This document shows positions 23,100-34,296 of a stretch of DNA of 64,000 nucleotides, piece by piece. A model generated the notes under the pieces. It saw only the letters and a program-made list of their open reading frames with translations, was not told the origin of the DNA and did not search any database. A program made the position numbers and the translations under genes. The stretch comes from Oikopleura dioica (taxonomy: Eukaryota; Animalia; Chordata): positions 14,891,208-14,955,207 of the forward strand of contig OU015568.1 in the NCBI GenBank assembly GCA_907165135.1, read 5' to 3'. How positions within the stretch are numbered: the first letter of the stretch is position 1; every line of letters begins with the position of its first letter.

Positions 23100-23953
23100 T
23101 CACAAAATCGAAAAATTTTCTATCGAATTCAAGAGTCAATTGCATTTGTTCCTCTCATTTTTTTAAGTTCACTACATTTTTCATCATTCCACTGCCCATT
23201 TTATAGCTCTTACATCTCTTTTTCTAAGGTGATTCTATGATGCGTCAATTTTATTAATTCAGAATGGCTGTGAGAAAGATTGAAATTGCCGTAGAAATTC
23301 CAGAGGAAACGGAAACAGTGTTCTGTTCCATGATCAGACTTGGCCGGGCGGTGATGATTTGGGCTGGATTGAATCAGAATTTGGGGAGCATGGCAATGGC
23401 AGTTCCGGCTAGAGATGGGAAGACTGCGCTTTGGTGAGTCCTTGTTGATTTTTAGCGGAAGTCTGGTGATCTTGAGGGATCTTTTCGGACGATTTTGTAT
23501 TGTGGAAACACTTTTCAATTGAAAAACTTTGCCGAAAAGATCAATTTTAGCTGATAATAAGACTTATTCTCATTTTATAAGTAATCATCCACGAATATAG
23601 TCAGTCTATTCAATATCGATTGATTATTTATAAAAATTTTTGCTATATCTAATTTTAAAATAAGCACCGCGCTGAAAGACCCTTCTGCACGTGGCTGTCA
23701 GCTGGCTACCCGGCTATCCTCTCGCGTCAAACTGCAAGTTCTCTTCTGTGGCAATCTAGACGAAGGGCAGGATATTATGTGGAAATGTCTTGAAGCGAGA
23801 CTGAGCGAAGAAATCGCATGCAATCCCGATTTCTTCGCCATTTGACCATGATCATTTGATTTTTGTAACTAAATAAACATTTTCTTTCTCATTGCCCAGT
23901 TACTTCCTGTTTTGTTCTTTATTTTGTTGTTCAGACACTCAATATTCGGTTAT

Positions 23954-26075
23954 ATGACTAAAAAAGAACTCTTCATAGGCAGAATAAATGCGGCGGTGAC
24001 CAACGAGCAACTGGATCACTACTTCAACAGTTTTGGCCGAGTGAACTCATTCAAGCGACCGGTCGATCGCCGTACCGGCCGCAACAGAGACTTTGCCTTT
24101 GTCAGCTTTGTTGAAAATAACGTTTTTGAAAGTAAATATATCGCATGCTCGAAATTCAATTCCTACTTATTTTTACGTTGATTGATCAATAATCAAAATT
24201 AATAATTGCATGAAAAAAACTAACAAAGAAAGAAAGTTTGACAAACGGTTAAAATCCTCGTTGATTTTTGCTGATTCTGAATGATGTTTACTCAATTTTT
24301 TTTCTTGTCTATTTCGCAACATCTGTAATTGATTTTTAAGGGGTTCGCAATTTCCAGAAACATAGCATCAACGGCTTCCCCATTGACGTGCGCGTTTCCA
24401 TTCCAAAGGAAGACTTCCGAGCGAAGCGCAAAGAGGAATCTCTCGGTGTTGTCGAGCTCGATCAATCCGAAATCGGAAAAAAGTTCTACAAGAATTCTAT
24501 GCTAGAGGATCCTTGGCGGAACTGCAATCCTCAACAAGTAAAAACATTTCCCTCTTTTTCTTATCCTAACCCACTTTAGTCAGATCCGTCGCGAGCAAGG
24601 CTCGATCAGAAGGTTAAACATCGCAACCGGCTCTTCCACCGAGTCGGCCAACAAGAGCACCAACAACAACTGCAACAGCAACACCAGCCAAACCACCACC
24701 ATCAACAGCACCCGCATCATCAGCAGCACCACTTCCCTCCCAACCAACGACCGCCGCATCCGAAAACTTTAAGCAACCAAATTCATCATCAAAACAGTCC
24801 AAAGCAAAGCAAAACGCAATCGCCGCAAAAAGTTCCCCCCGTCGCCGTCTTCTTCCTTCTCAAGCAACTCTCAACTTCCAGTACAAAGTCCAAAAGACAG
24901 CCCTACTTCTCGCCCGGCTGTAATTCCCGCCACGCAGCCTCAAAAAGCGGTGCCGACAAGTCCCGCCAGCGAAGCCGCACGGTCCCAATCCGCCCCACAA
25001 GAGGTCTCATCTCCGCCCCAGCTCCAACGCTCCGCCATATCAGCCAGCAGTAGTCAGAATATATCGCCGGCTCCTGTTTCCGCTCCGCCCCAAGAAGAAC
25101 CGAAAATCGAGAAGGCAGAGGAAGAAAGCGTGCAGAAATCTATGCCAAACATTCAATCACAAAAGCAGGCTTCTCCGGCTACAGGCCCCAAGTCGCCTCT
25201 AAGTCATGCTAAATCTGGGACAAGGCAGCAGCCTGTCTCTCCTTTCCGCCCACAAAATCCTAATTTCCACTCGAGCACGCCTCCGTCACTCAGGCCTCCG
25301 ATACTAAGGTAAACCAAACACGAACATTAATTTTAAAAGCGAAAGTAAAAAGCAACTTCATTTTTTTCAAACTGTTCTTAATCAGAGCTCCTCCCGGCCA
25401 ACAAGCGCAGGCATCGCCTTTGAGCAAGCAAAATCCACCGCCACCACCGCCGCTGAAAAGAGCCCCGCAACTGGCCCCGAATCGCTCGGAGCCGCCTGCA
25501 CAAATGCCAAAAATCACGAGCTTCACGAGTACCACTGGTAACCCACTACAACAGCAACAACAACAGACAAACACACAACAAAAACAACCACAAACAATTC
25601 CTGCCAGCAATTCTGAAAATCACCAATCGCCCAGAATCCCGAAGAACGGGGAGCAATTTAATCTTTATTTAAACAACAAACTGCCAACGTCAAAGGTTTT
25701 TGAAGATCCCCCTTCATCCCCATTTCTATCAAACTTATTTCTAGGACGATTTCACCGTCGATAAACATCAAGGAATCAATCTCGCCTCCAACGTGGATAA
25801 AAGATTACTGGAATATTTTATTCGCATCTTTTTAAATAACACGAACAGGGATGTCATCAAGTTCAGCAAATTGACCCCCCAGCAACAGGATATTCTTGAG
25901 GCAATTGCTGATAAACACGATTTGGGCACGCGGGCTTGAAAAAAACTACATATTTTTGAAGGACTCAATAAGGGATCGTAAGATAGGGAAACAACCCCTA
26001 TTATCATTTTTTGGAAAGACCTATTTCAAGCCCCGAAAACAGAAAATAGCCAAGAGAAAACTGGTTTTGTCATAA
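23954..26075 (+). CDS. RRM protein carrying an MPLKIP/TTDN1-type motif and a long Q/H/P/S-rich region
   Basis: RRM ELFIGRI...RDFAFVSF...HSINGFPIDVRVS; FYKNSMLEDPW at 24484-24516; 42-nt intron 24538-24579 with cctaac branch point; one frame change near 24835 unexplained; 3' end approximate. Confidence 0.7.
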
Positions 26076-26224
26076 GAAAAAATTCTTAATCTTCTATTGC
26101 CTTTACAAAAAGTGTGCCAAATTCATTTTCGCTGCTTTGATACAATCTTCGTTACAACAAAAAGTGCATATCTATATCGAACGCGCCTATCCTTTTCTGA
26201 AATGAATAAACCTTCTTTTAGAAA

Positions 26225-27206
26225 ATGGAACAAAATGAGCAGCAATTCGGCCATTCAAGAGGCCGTATGAGGCCATACCGTGGAAGGCCGCGCGGAAATC
26301 GAGGATTTCACAGAGGCGGGCCAAGAGCACCCAAACATTTTCAAAATAATGATCGCGTACAAGTTTGGGGTGATAACACCCACTTGGAGCCCGATTACAA
26401 TTACATGGTAAGTCGTGGGTTCGTGGAAGTTAAAAGTTCGTTAAGCCCGAATACCGTAGATTGTTCAATAGCCAAAATCCTGGACTAAGGAAGCATCAGC
26501 CCTTATCGCCCCTCCGTTATCTAATTATTATGTTCAGAGCCAAGGACGGGGACGTGGCCGCGGTTCCGGGAATAATCGAGCTCGCTACGGCACTTATCAG
26601 CAATTCCATTATCGCCAGTCGAAGCCAAGGCTCCAGGCGCCCGTGGAGTCCTATTTTAAACCTGACATGCTTGAAGACCCCTGGAAGGACTGTACGCCCA
26701 TTCAAGTGTCCGAAGTGACGAAAATACAAGCAGCAAGCTCGTTTCACAAGAATAGGCTTTATCTAAAGCTTAATCAGTTCGAGGGTGGCGAGCGCGACGG
26801 GCTAGGTACTTAATCTACTTCCGTATTAGTTGAATTTTGTCGATAGTGAAAACAAGCTCGAGTTCATACAGAAATAACCGTATTTTAAGACGATTTGGAC
26901 GAAAATTCTGAGCAAAGCGCCGCGCCCGATGGTAAAAAGATTAAAGTAGAAGGGACAACTCCAAGTTGGATGAACCCACAAGAAGAGAATCCCGACGAAA
27001 TCAACCTCGATTCTAGCGATGACGATGAAGAGGACGTTGAGCCAAAAGTCAAAAAGGCGAAAAAAGAGGAAACGCCCAAGGAAGAAGATCCAGAAGAAGA
27101 GGAGCTCAACGACTGGAAAGACGCAACTCTGGACCCGCAACTTATCGACCTCGATCCTTATGAAGTTCAAGAAGCAAGAGCAGCGAATGATATGGGATCT
27201 TACTAG
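26225..27206 (+). CDS. MPLKIP: MPLKIP/TTDN1 homolog with probable acidic C-terminal exon
   Basis: R/G/P-rich N-terminus; exon 2 (from 26490) encodes VESYFKPDMLEDPW; GT-AG intron 26806-26889 joins in frame to the acidic ORF ending at 27206. Confidence 0.75.
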
Positions 27207-27340
27207 CCATTCATCATCTTGTATTACAATAAAATCACCATCATCAACAACCAAAAAAATGAAATAAAGGATAAACTGTCAATGTATTTTACTATTATCT
27301 TTTTGATAAATAAATGAAAAAAAATTTTCTTACATTGAGA

Positions 27341-28567
27341 ATGGTTTTGCCCAACATCCTGATTTGTGGCACCCCTGGCGTAGGAAAAAGCACAGTTGTT
27401 GAGCAATTAGTCGAGGCGACAGGCTGGAAGAGCATCAATGTAGGCCAGTTTGCGAAAGATCACGGGCACATTTGCGAGCAAGACGAGGAGCGAAATTGCG
27501 GCGTGTTAGATGAAGATCCGTTGCTTGATGATCTCGAGGAGATTCAAAAGAATGGAGGGAACATTTTTGAGTTTCACGGATCGGAAATGTTCCCAGAGCG
27601 GTGGTTCAAATTGGTGGTTGTTTTGAAGACAGGTATGTGCGATCTTTGAACTGCTGGAAGCAATCAAGGGCCTGATGCATATCAGAGCTTTCTTACCATC
27701 TGCGACACATAGTTATTCTGTAACAGCTGCGCGGCGGCGCTAGAATTTCATATAAAAGAGGCCATGAATCAGAAAGAATCACCAAATAACAAAAATGTCT
27801 AATTCAACAAATTATTTTGCCAGCGATGTACCAGCTCTTTCTCCGACCAAAAAGCGAAAATCTTCCGGTGACACTTATCAGCCCAAGAAAATGATCATGC
27901 TGGAAGATCGAAGCAGTCCACTTGATGACCGTCTCAGCGAAATCTTCAACTGCATCGCCCAACCCGCAAAAGAAGAAGAGTCTTCCGAAAACACGTCTCC
28001 AGCCACGTATAAGGAACGAATGCTTTACCGCGCGCTGTTTCAGCTTCATACTATTTTGGCACAGCATGATGATAATGGACGGCCGAACCTTGTTGTACGA
28101 AATGCGGAGGATAAAGACTGGAAGACTGATAAAAAGTTGAAGAAGTATTCCCGACAGGTCAAGGAATCGAAGAAGTTGCATCCGTTCATCAAAGCGTCGT
28201 TGAAGAGGATTGAAAAGAAACAGTCTCCAAAATGAGTCTTTATCTGTTGTGATAATTACAAAATCATCCATGTAAACACAAAATGAATAAAATATACTGA
28301 ATCATGAAATATGTAATCTTTTTAAAATCTTATTCAAACGCTCACATTTACTGTCAAGATAACAAGATCCTGTACGAGCGTCTTGAAAAACGAGGCTACT
28401 CCGAGGCCAAAATCCAAGAAAACGTAACGTGCGAGATCATGGAAGTCCTTGTTGCGGAGGCGCGGCAAAGTTACAAGCCGGAGGTTGTTGAAGTGGTTGA
28501 AAGTAACACTCCGGAAGATATCGACAATATTGTCTCTGTAATTACCAACTGGATCAATCAGCAATGA
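27341..28567 (+). CDS. AK6: Adenylate kinase 6 (hCINAP/Fap7), 2 exons
   Basis: PNILICGTPGVGKST...FHGSEMFPERWF..VVLKT|DNKILYERLEKRGY; intron 27633-28358. Confidence 0.95.
27724..27758 (+). promoter_or_regulatory. Candidate internal promoter (CAGCTG E-box and TATAAAAG) for the nested ORF
   Basis: CAGCTG 27724-27729 and TATAAAAG 27751-27758, 37 nt before the ATG at 27795. Confidence 0.35.
27795..28235 (+). CDS. Intronless orphan ORF (146 aa) nested on the same strand in the AK6 intron
   Basis: Complete ATG-stop ORF fully inside intron 27633-28358; NLS-like PTKKRK; TATA upstream. Confidence 0.55.
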   Translation: MSNSTNYFASDVPALSPTKKRKSSGDTYQPKKMIMLEDRSSPLDDRLSEIFNCIAQPAKEEESSENTSPATYKERMLYRALFQLHTILAQHDDNGRPNLVVRNAEDKDWKTDKKLKKYSRQVKESKKLHPFIKASLKRIEKKQSPK

Positions 28568-28603
28568 AAACCTATAGAAGCTCGTCAAACTGTCGTGTTT
28601 AGA

Positions 28604-29502
28604 ATGTGCCAGGTAGATAGATCGAAATCGTTTGAAGAAGCGCTTTCGAAATATCGAAAACTCGATGGATTGAAGAAAGACATTCTGAGAAATCGGAAGC
28701 GCTCCGCCTTGTCAAAAACGCTTCATGAAGTTACGAAGCAGCTAAATATTCTCAAACGAAAGTCGAGGAAGTGTTCTTCCGAAGATGAAGAATTTCTTGA
28801 AGAAGTTAACTGGGTTTCGCAAGAACTACTGGCGCTGAAGGCTGCTGAAGTGTCGGGAAGTCTCGCAAATGACCATCGCAATATTGCAGTGTCTACGTTG
28901 GAGGCAGCCCTAAAGGATATAGTTTCCACTTATCAGAAAAATATCACAAAGGCTAGAAGAAGGATGAAATTGTCAACAAAGCCGGCTCATCAGCATGTCA
29001 AAGTCCAGCCTGTTGTTCAAGGTAGGAGAAGAAATGATCGTACGTGAATTACTTGAAAATATAGAGTTTGACCAAAAAGATATTTCAAACGAGGAGGAAG
29101 AAAGATATCTGGCAGAAGCTCTTGCTCTCAAAGAAGGTCTGTTCTCTTTTGTAAAATGTGAATTTTACTTTGATTCTTCAGACTTTGATGAAGTGGCTTT
29201 GATCGAATCGAAGGTTACGGATATTGCTCAATTGCAACATAAAATCGCTGAGAATATTAATCTCCAAGCCGAAGTTGCCGACAATATTCAAAGCAATGTA
29301 AGTCTTTCCCAATCCGCTAATCCGCCGCATCCTCTTGCTCAATAACTTATTTTTTTAGGTTCAACAATCCAACGAAAACGTGCGGGACGGGAACGAGCAA
29401 ATTCTAGAGGCAACTCGTCGCCAATCCGATTGGCGCGTGTTTTCGATGATCTTTCTTTTGGGCTGTTCTCTTACCTTACTCCTTCTGGACTCTTACAAAT
29501 AA
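28604..29502 (+). CDS. STX18: Syntaxin-18
   Basis: SNARE helix DEVALIESKVTDIAQLQ...ENVRDGNEQILEA and TM WRVFSMIFLLGCSLTLLLLDSY match the STX18 C-terminus. Confidence 0.9.
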
Positions 29503-29594
29503 TTCTATGTGCAATAAAGTGTACAATAAAGTTAAATACATTTAAACAGAGCTAAAAGTAAGCAGGTTTTATGCGGGTTTTATTCAGAGTAAAT

Positions 29595-30254
29595 ATGGCG
29601 GAAGAAAGCGGCGAGACAAAGCCATTTGAAAACAACTTCGAATTCTGGGCAGACAAGGCCAATTACGAGAAAGACACATGTTTGAAGCTCAAGAAAATCA
29701 GGAGAAAAGTGTCGATCCCACCTTCGTACATGGGAAATTTGAAATCTGCTTGCACCACGATCCTCAACAAAAGCCTAACAAAGTATATAAAATTTTACTC
29801 TATCCATTTCATCGAGATCGGTTAGATACGATGCTGATATAAGCGGAACTTTGGTTGCCTACAACGACAAGTCCTTCAAGTCTGTTGAACAAACGGTCTC
29901 CTTGAAAAATCGTCCGGGAGAGGCGTATTTGAATTTCACCTTGGAAGTTGACGTCGTTATTTTCAGCCCCGAACCTGGGTCTTTTCTCAGAGCTGTCTGT
30001 AAAGAGGTAGCTTTACCTTGTATTGAATCAAATCATATTCTTTCTCTAAGAATCGGGAGACAAACAAAAGCCACACGGCTCTCTTGGCGATGGATACATT
30101 CAACTGCGTCCTCTCGCACTTGAATGAAGAAGGAATAAAGAGCGAAGAAATAAGCGTCGATCAATGTGTACGATTTGAAGTGGAAAGCATCGAAATTGAT
30201 TGGAACGGATTGCTGATGGTCAAAGGAAACTCGCAGTCGTTTATTATTTGCTGA
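29595..30254 (+). CDS. POLR1F: RNA polymerase I subunit RPA43
   Basis: VSIPPSYMG...YDADISGTLVAY...LNFTLEVDVVIFSPEPG...FNCVL pattern of RPA43. Confidence 0.85.
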
Positions 30255-30303
30255 AAACAAAAATTTGAAAGCTGACGATAATAACGTCTACTTTCTGTTA
30301 AGA

Positions 30304-31051
30304 ATGTCGGGCGAAGATAAAGAGTATGATATTTATCGAGACTCGCTGCTTAGATACGCGGGATATGCAAATGAAGTCGGCGAGGCATTTCGAGCACAGA
30401 CCGCCAAGTACACCGTAGGCGGTTTCAACGGGCCAGTTTCACTGACTTATGCAATTTCTGTTGGGTACTGCGCTGCTGATGCTTACGATAAATGTAAGTG
30501 TGATGCAAATAAAAGTATTCTTAAATTGACAAGTAAATTCATTTTTATTTCATAAAAAATAAGAAACGCAGATATTGATGTCATACATACGAGAACTTAG
30601 CTTCAATGGTATAGAATCTCATTTTATGATTTTGGTAATAATTCTAATCGAGACCTTATATTGAGCTGCTCTCTTGAAAGAGGGCGCCAAGCGTCATAGC
30701 TTCTCAGCTGGATATGCGAATGCTATTCGTAAATGATAGCAATCTTAAATAAAATCGAACCAAACTTTATTTTCAGACAAGAAAACCGGTAAGTTTACCG
30801 GTTTCGTAGACGCTCTCGGATGGCAATTAGCCGCTTCGGTCATCATTCCCGGCTTCACAATTCACCAAGTTTGCCATTACTCCGGCCTTGGTCTGGCAAA
30901 GACCCTACCCAAAGTGCCTCTTCCACGCCGTCAACTGATGGTCTCTGCCATCGGCCTCGCAACAATACCCTTCATCATTCACCCAATTGATCACGCAGTC
31001 GACTGGGCCTTCGACAAGTTTCCAAGAAAATATCTCTACACTCTTGACTAG
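30304..31051 (+). CDS. MTFP1: Mitochondrial fission process protein 1 (MTP18)
   Basis: DIYRDSLLRYAGYANEVGEAFR...WQLAASVIIPGFTI...IPFIIHPIDHAVD; intron ~30494-30777. Confidence 0.95.
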
Positions 31052-31374
31052 CTTTTCTTCGCTGTTCCACCTTTTTATTTATTTTTCCTTCTGAACCTAC
31101 TGAGCTTCAACTGACACATGAACAGAAAAGACCATTACTCAGAAATTCAATCCTTCCAATTTTGATTAAAAGCGTGCCATAAGCTAATAAACCATTGACC
31201 ATTGTCAATATTAATTTGAAAGAACAATTTTCGCTTGTCAGGGCTTGATCGATAAATTCGCGCTATACAATATGTAAGGCAGGCCTTTTATTATTTGCAT
31301 ACAAAAAGAAAAAAAGAGTCATTTCTTATTATATAGATTGGAAAAGAAAAATCAAGGAATCTTTTCATTCAAAA

Positions 31375-31765
31375 ATGTCGGATAAGAGCATTGAAGAAAT
31401 GGAGCACGAGTTGTTTCTAGCACGGCAGAGAATCGTGGCAGGAAAGGAAAATGCTATCTTTGACGAGATAAATGTCCGACAAAAAGTCATGTCAAGAGCA
31501 GTTGCTGATATTCAAGCCATTGACGAGGACATTGGTGAGTCACCTAACCTTTTCTTTTTTGGCTGACAGATGCAGAATAGAGCAATAATTAAATACTGAT
31601 GCAACTGTACCTGATTCTAATTGCTTTAACTCAGAGCACGCAAAAACCGACGTCAAGCAAGAATACGAAAAAAGCGTTGCAGAGCTCAAAGAAATCTCCG
31701 AGAAGGTCAAGGAACAATTGAACCGATTCAAGACCACGCAGAAAGATGCTCCCAAAGAAGAGTAA
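31375..31765 (+). CDS. Small (~96 aa) coiled-coil protein, unidentified
   Basis: Two exons joined by a GT-AG intron: MSDKSIEEMEHEL...DEDI|EHAKTDVKQEYEKSVAELKE... Confidence 0.6.
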
Positions 31766-31886
31766 AAACAATCAACAAGGAATTTTCTTTATAGACATAT
31801 CTTTTTCTACCTGCCACTTATCTCAATATATTTTTCTAAATCCTTCAAATAACCATGAAATTATTCAGAAGTGAATTAAACGCACG

Positions 31887-33179
31887 ATGGATTTTTTCGG
31901 TGACGAAAGTGCGGCCGCCCAGCCAGCAGTCCAGGCGACTTCGGACCCAGCAGCTGATTTTCTTTCTGGTGAACAAAGTGAAATCGCAAATATTGAAGGA
32001 GCTGTTTATGACGAGCCACCAGCCCAAGCAGAAGCTTCAAATGGTACTTTCGTTTACCAATCTTTTATTTCATTGGGCAAGCTAATAAAACTTATGTTGG
32101 CTTTTATGGGGTCCAAATTTATGGAATAAAGACCCGTTTTTGATGGAAAGTACGCTTTAGAGGATATTTGGTCTCGTTTACTCCTGAAATTATCGGTTGA
32201 TATTTGCAGTTATGCAGCTTTTTCCAGCTTTTATCCTCATTTTAACCTGATATAGCCCTGAATTACTCCCGGAGAAATGCTGCAGCTAGTACTCCCAAGT
32301 CGGGGTTAAATTAACCTGCTCAAGTATGCGGAGGGCATTATAAGCTCTCCGGCGTTGTGCAGAGGAGGTAAAACAATCCGCACTTTCTTATCCTTTGTTC
32401 TAGACTTTGATCCCTTTGGCGCTGGGGAAGCTCCCGCGGGGGAAGGGGCTGAAACTGAACCTGTCACCGCCGCTGCCGAAACCGCCGACGAGGAGTTTCT
32501 CTTCGAACAAGCAACTGTCCAAGCGCCCGTTGAGGAAATGTCAAATCTTGAAGTAGCCGCCGAGCCCGAGCCGAGTACGTCTCTCTGTGATTTTTAATGA
32601 TTCTCTTTACACGCGCTGTTTAGTCGCGCTGAGCCAGCCAGAACCAGTTTACACAATGCCAGTCATGGAGCCAGAAAGCATCAAATTATGGAGAGAACAG
32701 TTCAAAACGAGAATCGAGGACATTGAAACAGATGCATCTGCACAGGTAATTCGCGCATTAGCACCTTTTTTGCTTGTTTAAAAATTTGAAAAATCTTGAC
32801 CTAATTATGCAGGAACAAATTTGGAAGGACGAGGCCAAGGAGCAGATTAAAAAGTTCTACAAAGAAAGAGAGCAAAAACTCGCAGCAAACAAGGTAATTC
32901 GATCAGTTAGAAGTGAACCCTTTTGAACTTTATTTGATAGGCGAGAAATCGAGAAGATCCAAATGCGTTGAAGTTGGAACAGGAGAACTTTGACCCGACA
33001 GAAGGCATGACTGACCAGGAGAAGTGGGAAAAGGTCACTGCTAGAATAGATTTCAATGCCAAAGGTACAGTTCCCCGTCCTCTCCGCCTCTTATCATCGA
33101 TTCAGGATCCTGTACTAAGGATACAAGCCGAATGCGCCAAGTCCTGCTCCACTGCAAATCCGGCGCTGCCGAGAATTGA
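31887..33179 (+). CDS. CLTA/CLTB: Clathrin light chain
   Basis: DPAADFLSGEQSEIANIE, EPESIKLWREQ, WEKVTARIDFN, KDTSRMRQVL. Confidence 0.95.
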
Positions 33180-34296
33180 ATTCAATCCCTCGCTTCAAGA
33201 CAATCCAGTTCCGTAATCCTGTATTTAGACAAAAATTAAACAAAAAACATCAAATTTTAAGTACTCCTTTCTAAATCTGCAATTAACTGAAACTTTCCTG
33301 AAATTTTTATTTTTATCGATAAATATTATGCTTATATTTTACCTTGCCAAGTCTTATTATTATTTTAACTTTGTAACAACTCAGTTGTCCTCGGAATTCC
33401 GAATAAATTATTCAAAACAATAATCCCGAATATGTCTTATAAGCCGAGTCATACTGTATCTACTTTAGTACGAGTATAAAACGTCTAATGTCTATAACAA
33501 TAAACAGGAAAATATATATCAAATATGAACCTGTTGGCCTTTGTGTCGCAGCATCCCACGAAATATATCAAGCACTCAAATAGCTCTCATTTTCTTTTTT
33601 CGCCAGGGCAGGAAATACAAAAAAAACCTACAGTAAGCTCTTCCAATCGCGACTTTTACCATCAACCCATCAACCAATAAGAAATATTGATGGGAAAATT
33701 CGCTATCGTAAGAACTGATTGTAAGCTTATTTTCTCCCTGAATATCCCTACTAGGGATTCCCTAGCATATTTATTGTCCAATTTTTATTTTATTCAATGT
33801 TTTCAGTTTTCAGCTTTTCTTTATCTATTTTTAAGTTCTTATTTTTCAAAATATGGCCTTACCACCTAATGACATCTTGTTCCAACTTTAATCTCCCTGT
33901 ATGAGATCTCTCAGTGTAAGAGATAAATACCTGGCTCTCTTAAACTCAACTCGGGCATCCTACTTGGGATTATGTGCAAATATTCTTCTTTATTTTCTTA
34001 TTTATGGTGAATTTTTCGTATTTACCACAATTCAATCTCTGATGATCAAAAACTCTAATCAAACCTTATGTCTTGTCTTTTCTGGTAGTACATTTTTCTC
34101 CTCTTTCAGTCTATACTTTGCCTTCTGTAATGGCAGCTTGTTCTTACTACTATCACAGAGCAAAATCCTCTTTTAATATTATTTTTAGACTAATGACTGC
34201 TTAGTATTATGTTTACAATCTGTAATGATCCCTTCTTTCAATAATATTTCATAAAAAATGCGAGCACTTCTTTCTTATTTCTCATTTTCAGACAAA

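Larger units (their letters stand above)
26225..33179 (+). other. Probable SL-trans-spliced operon (MPLKIP, AK6, STX18, POLR1F, MTFP1, small coiled-coil gene, clathrin light chain)
   Basis: Co-oriented genes with stop-to-ATG gaps of about 134, 36, 92, 49, 323 and 121 bp and AG acceptors a few nt before several ATGs. Confidence 0.6.

Noticed and set aside
23210-23518. 102-aa minus-strand ORF after WAPL
   Set aside because: No ATG start or recognisable domain, and exon linkage not supported.
25840-25990. R3H domain at the end of the RRM-motif gene
   Set aside because: Only partial resemblance, split across frames; the RxxxH signature is absent.
27795-28235. Nested ORF as TAF9, by analogy with the vertebrate AK6/TAF9 locus
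   Set aside because: No histone-fold or TAF9 motifs in the translation.
33687-34176. Hydrophobic short ORFs in AT-rich DNA
   Set aside because: T-rich composition yields F/L/I/S-rich pseudo-ORFs; no motifs.
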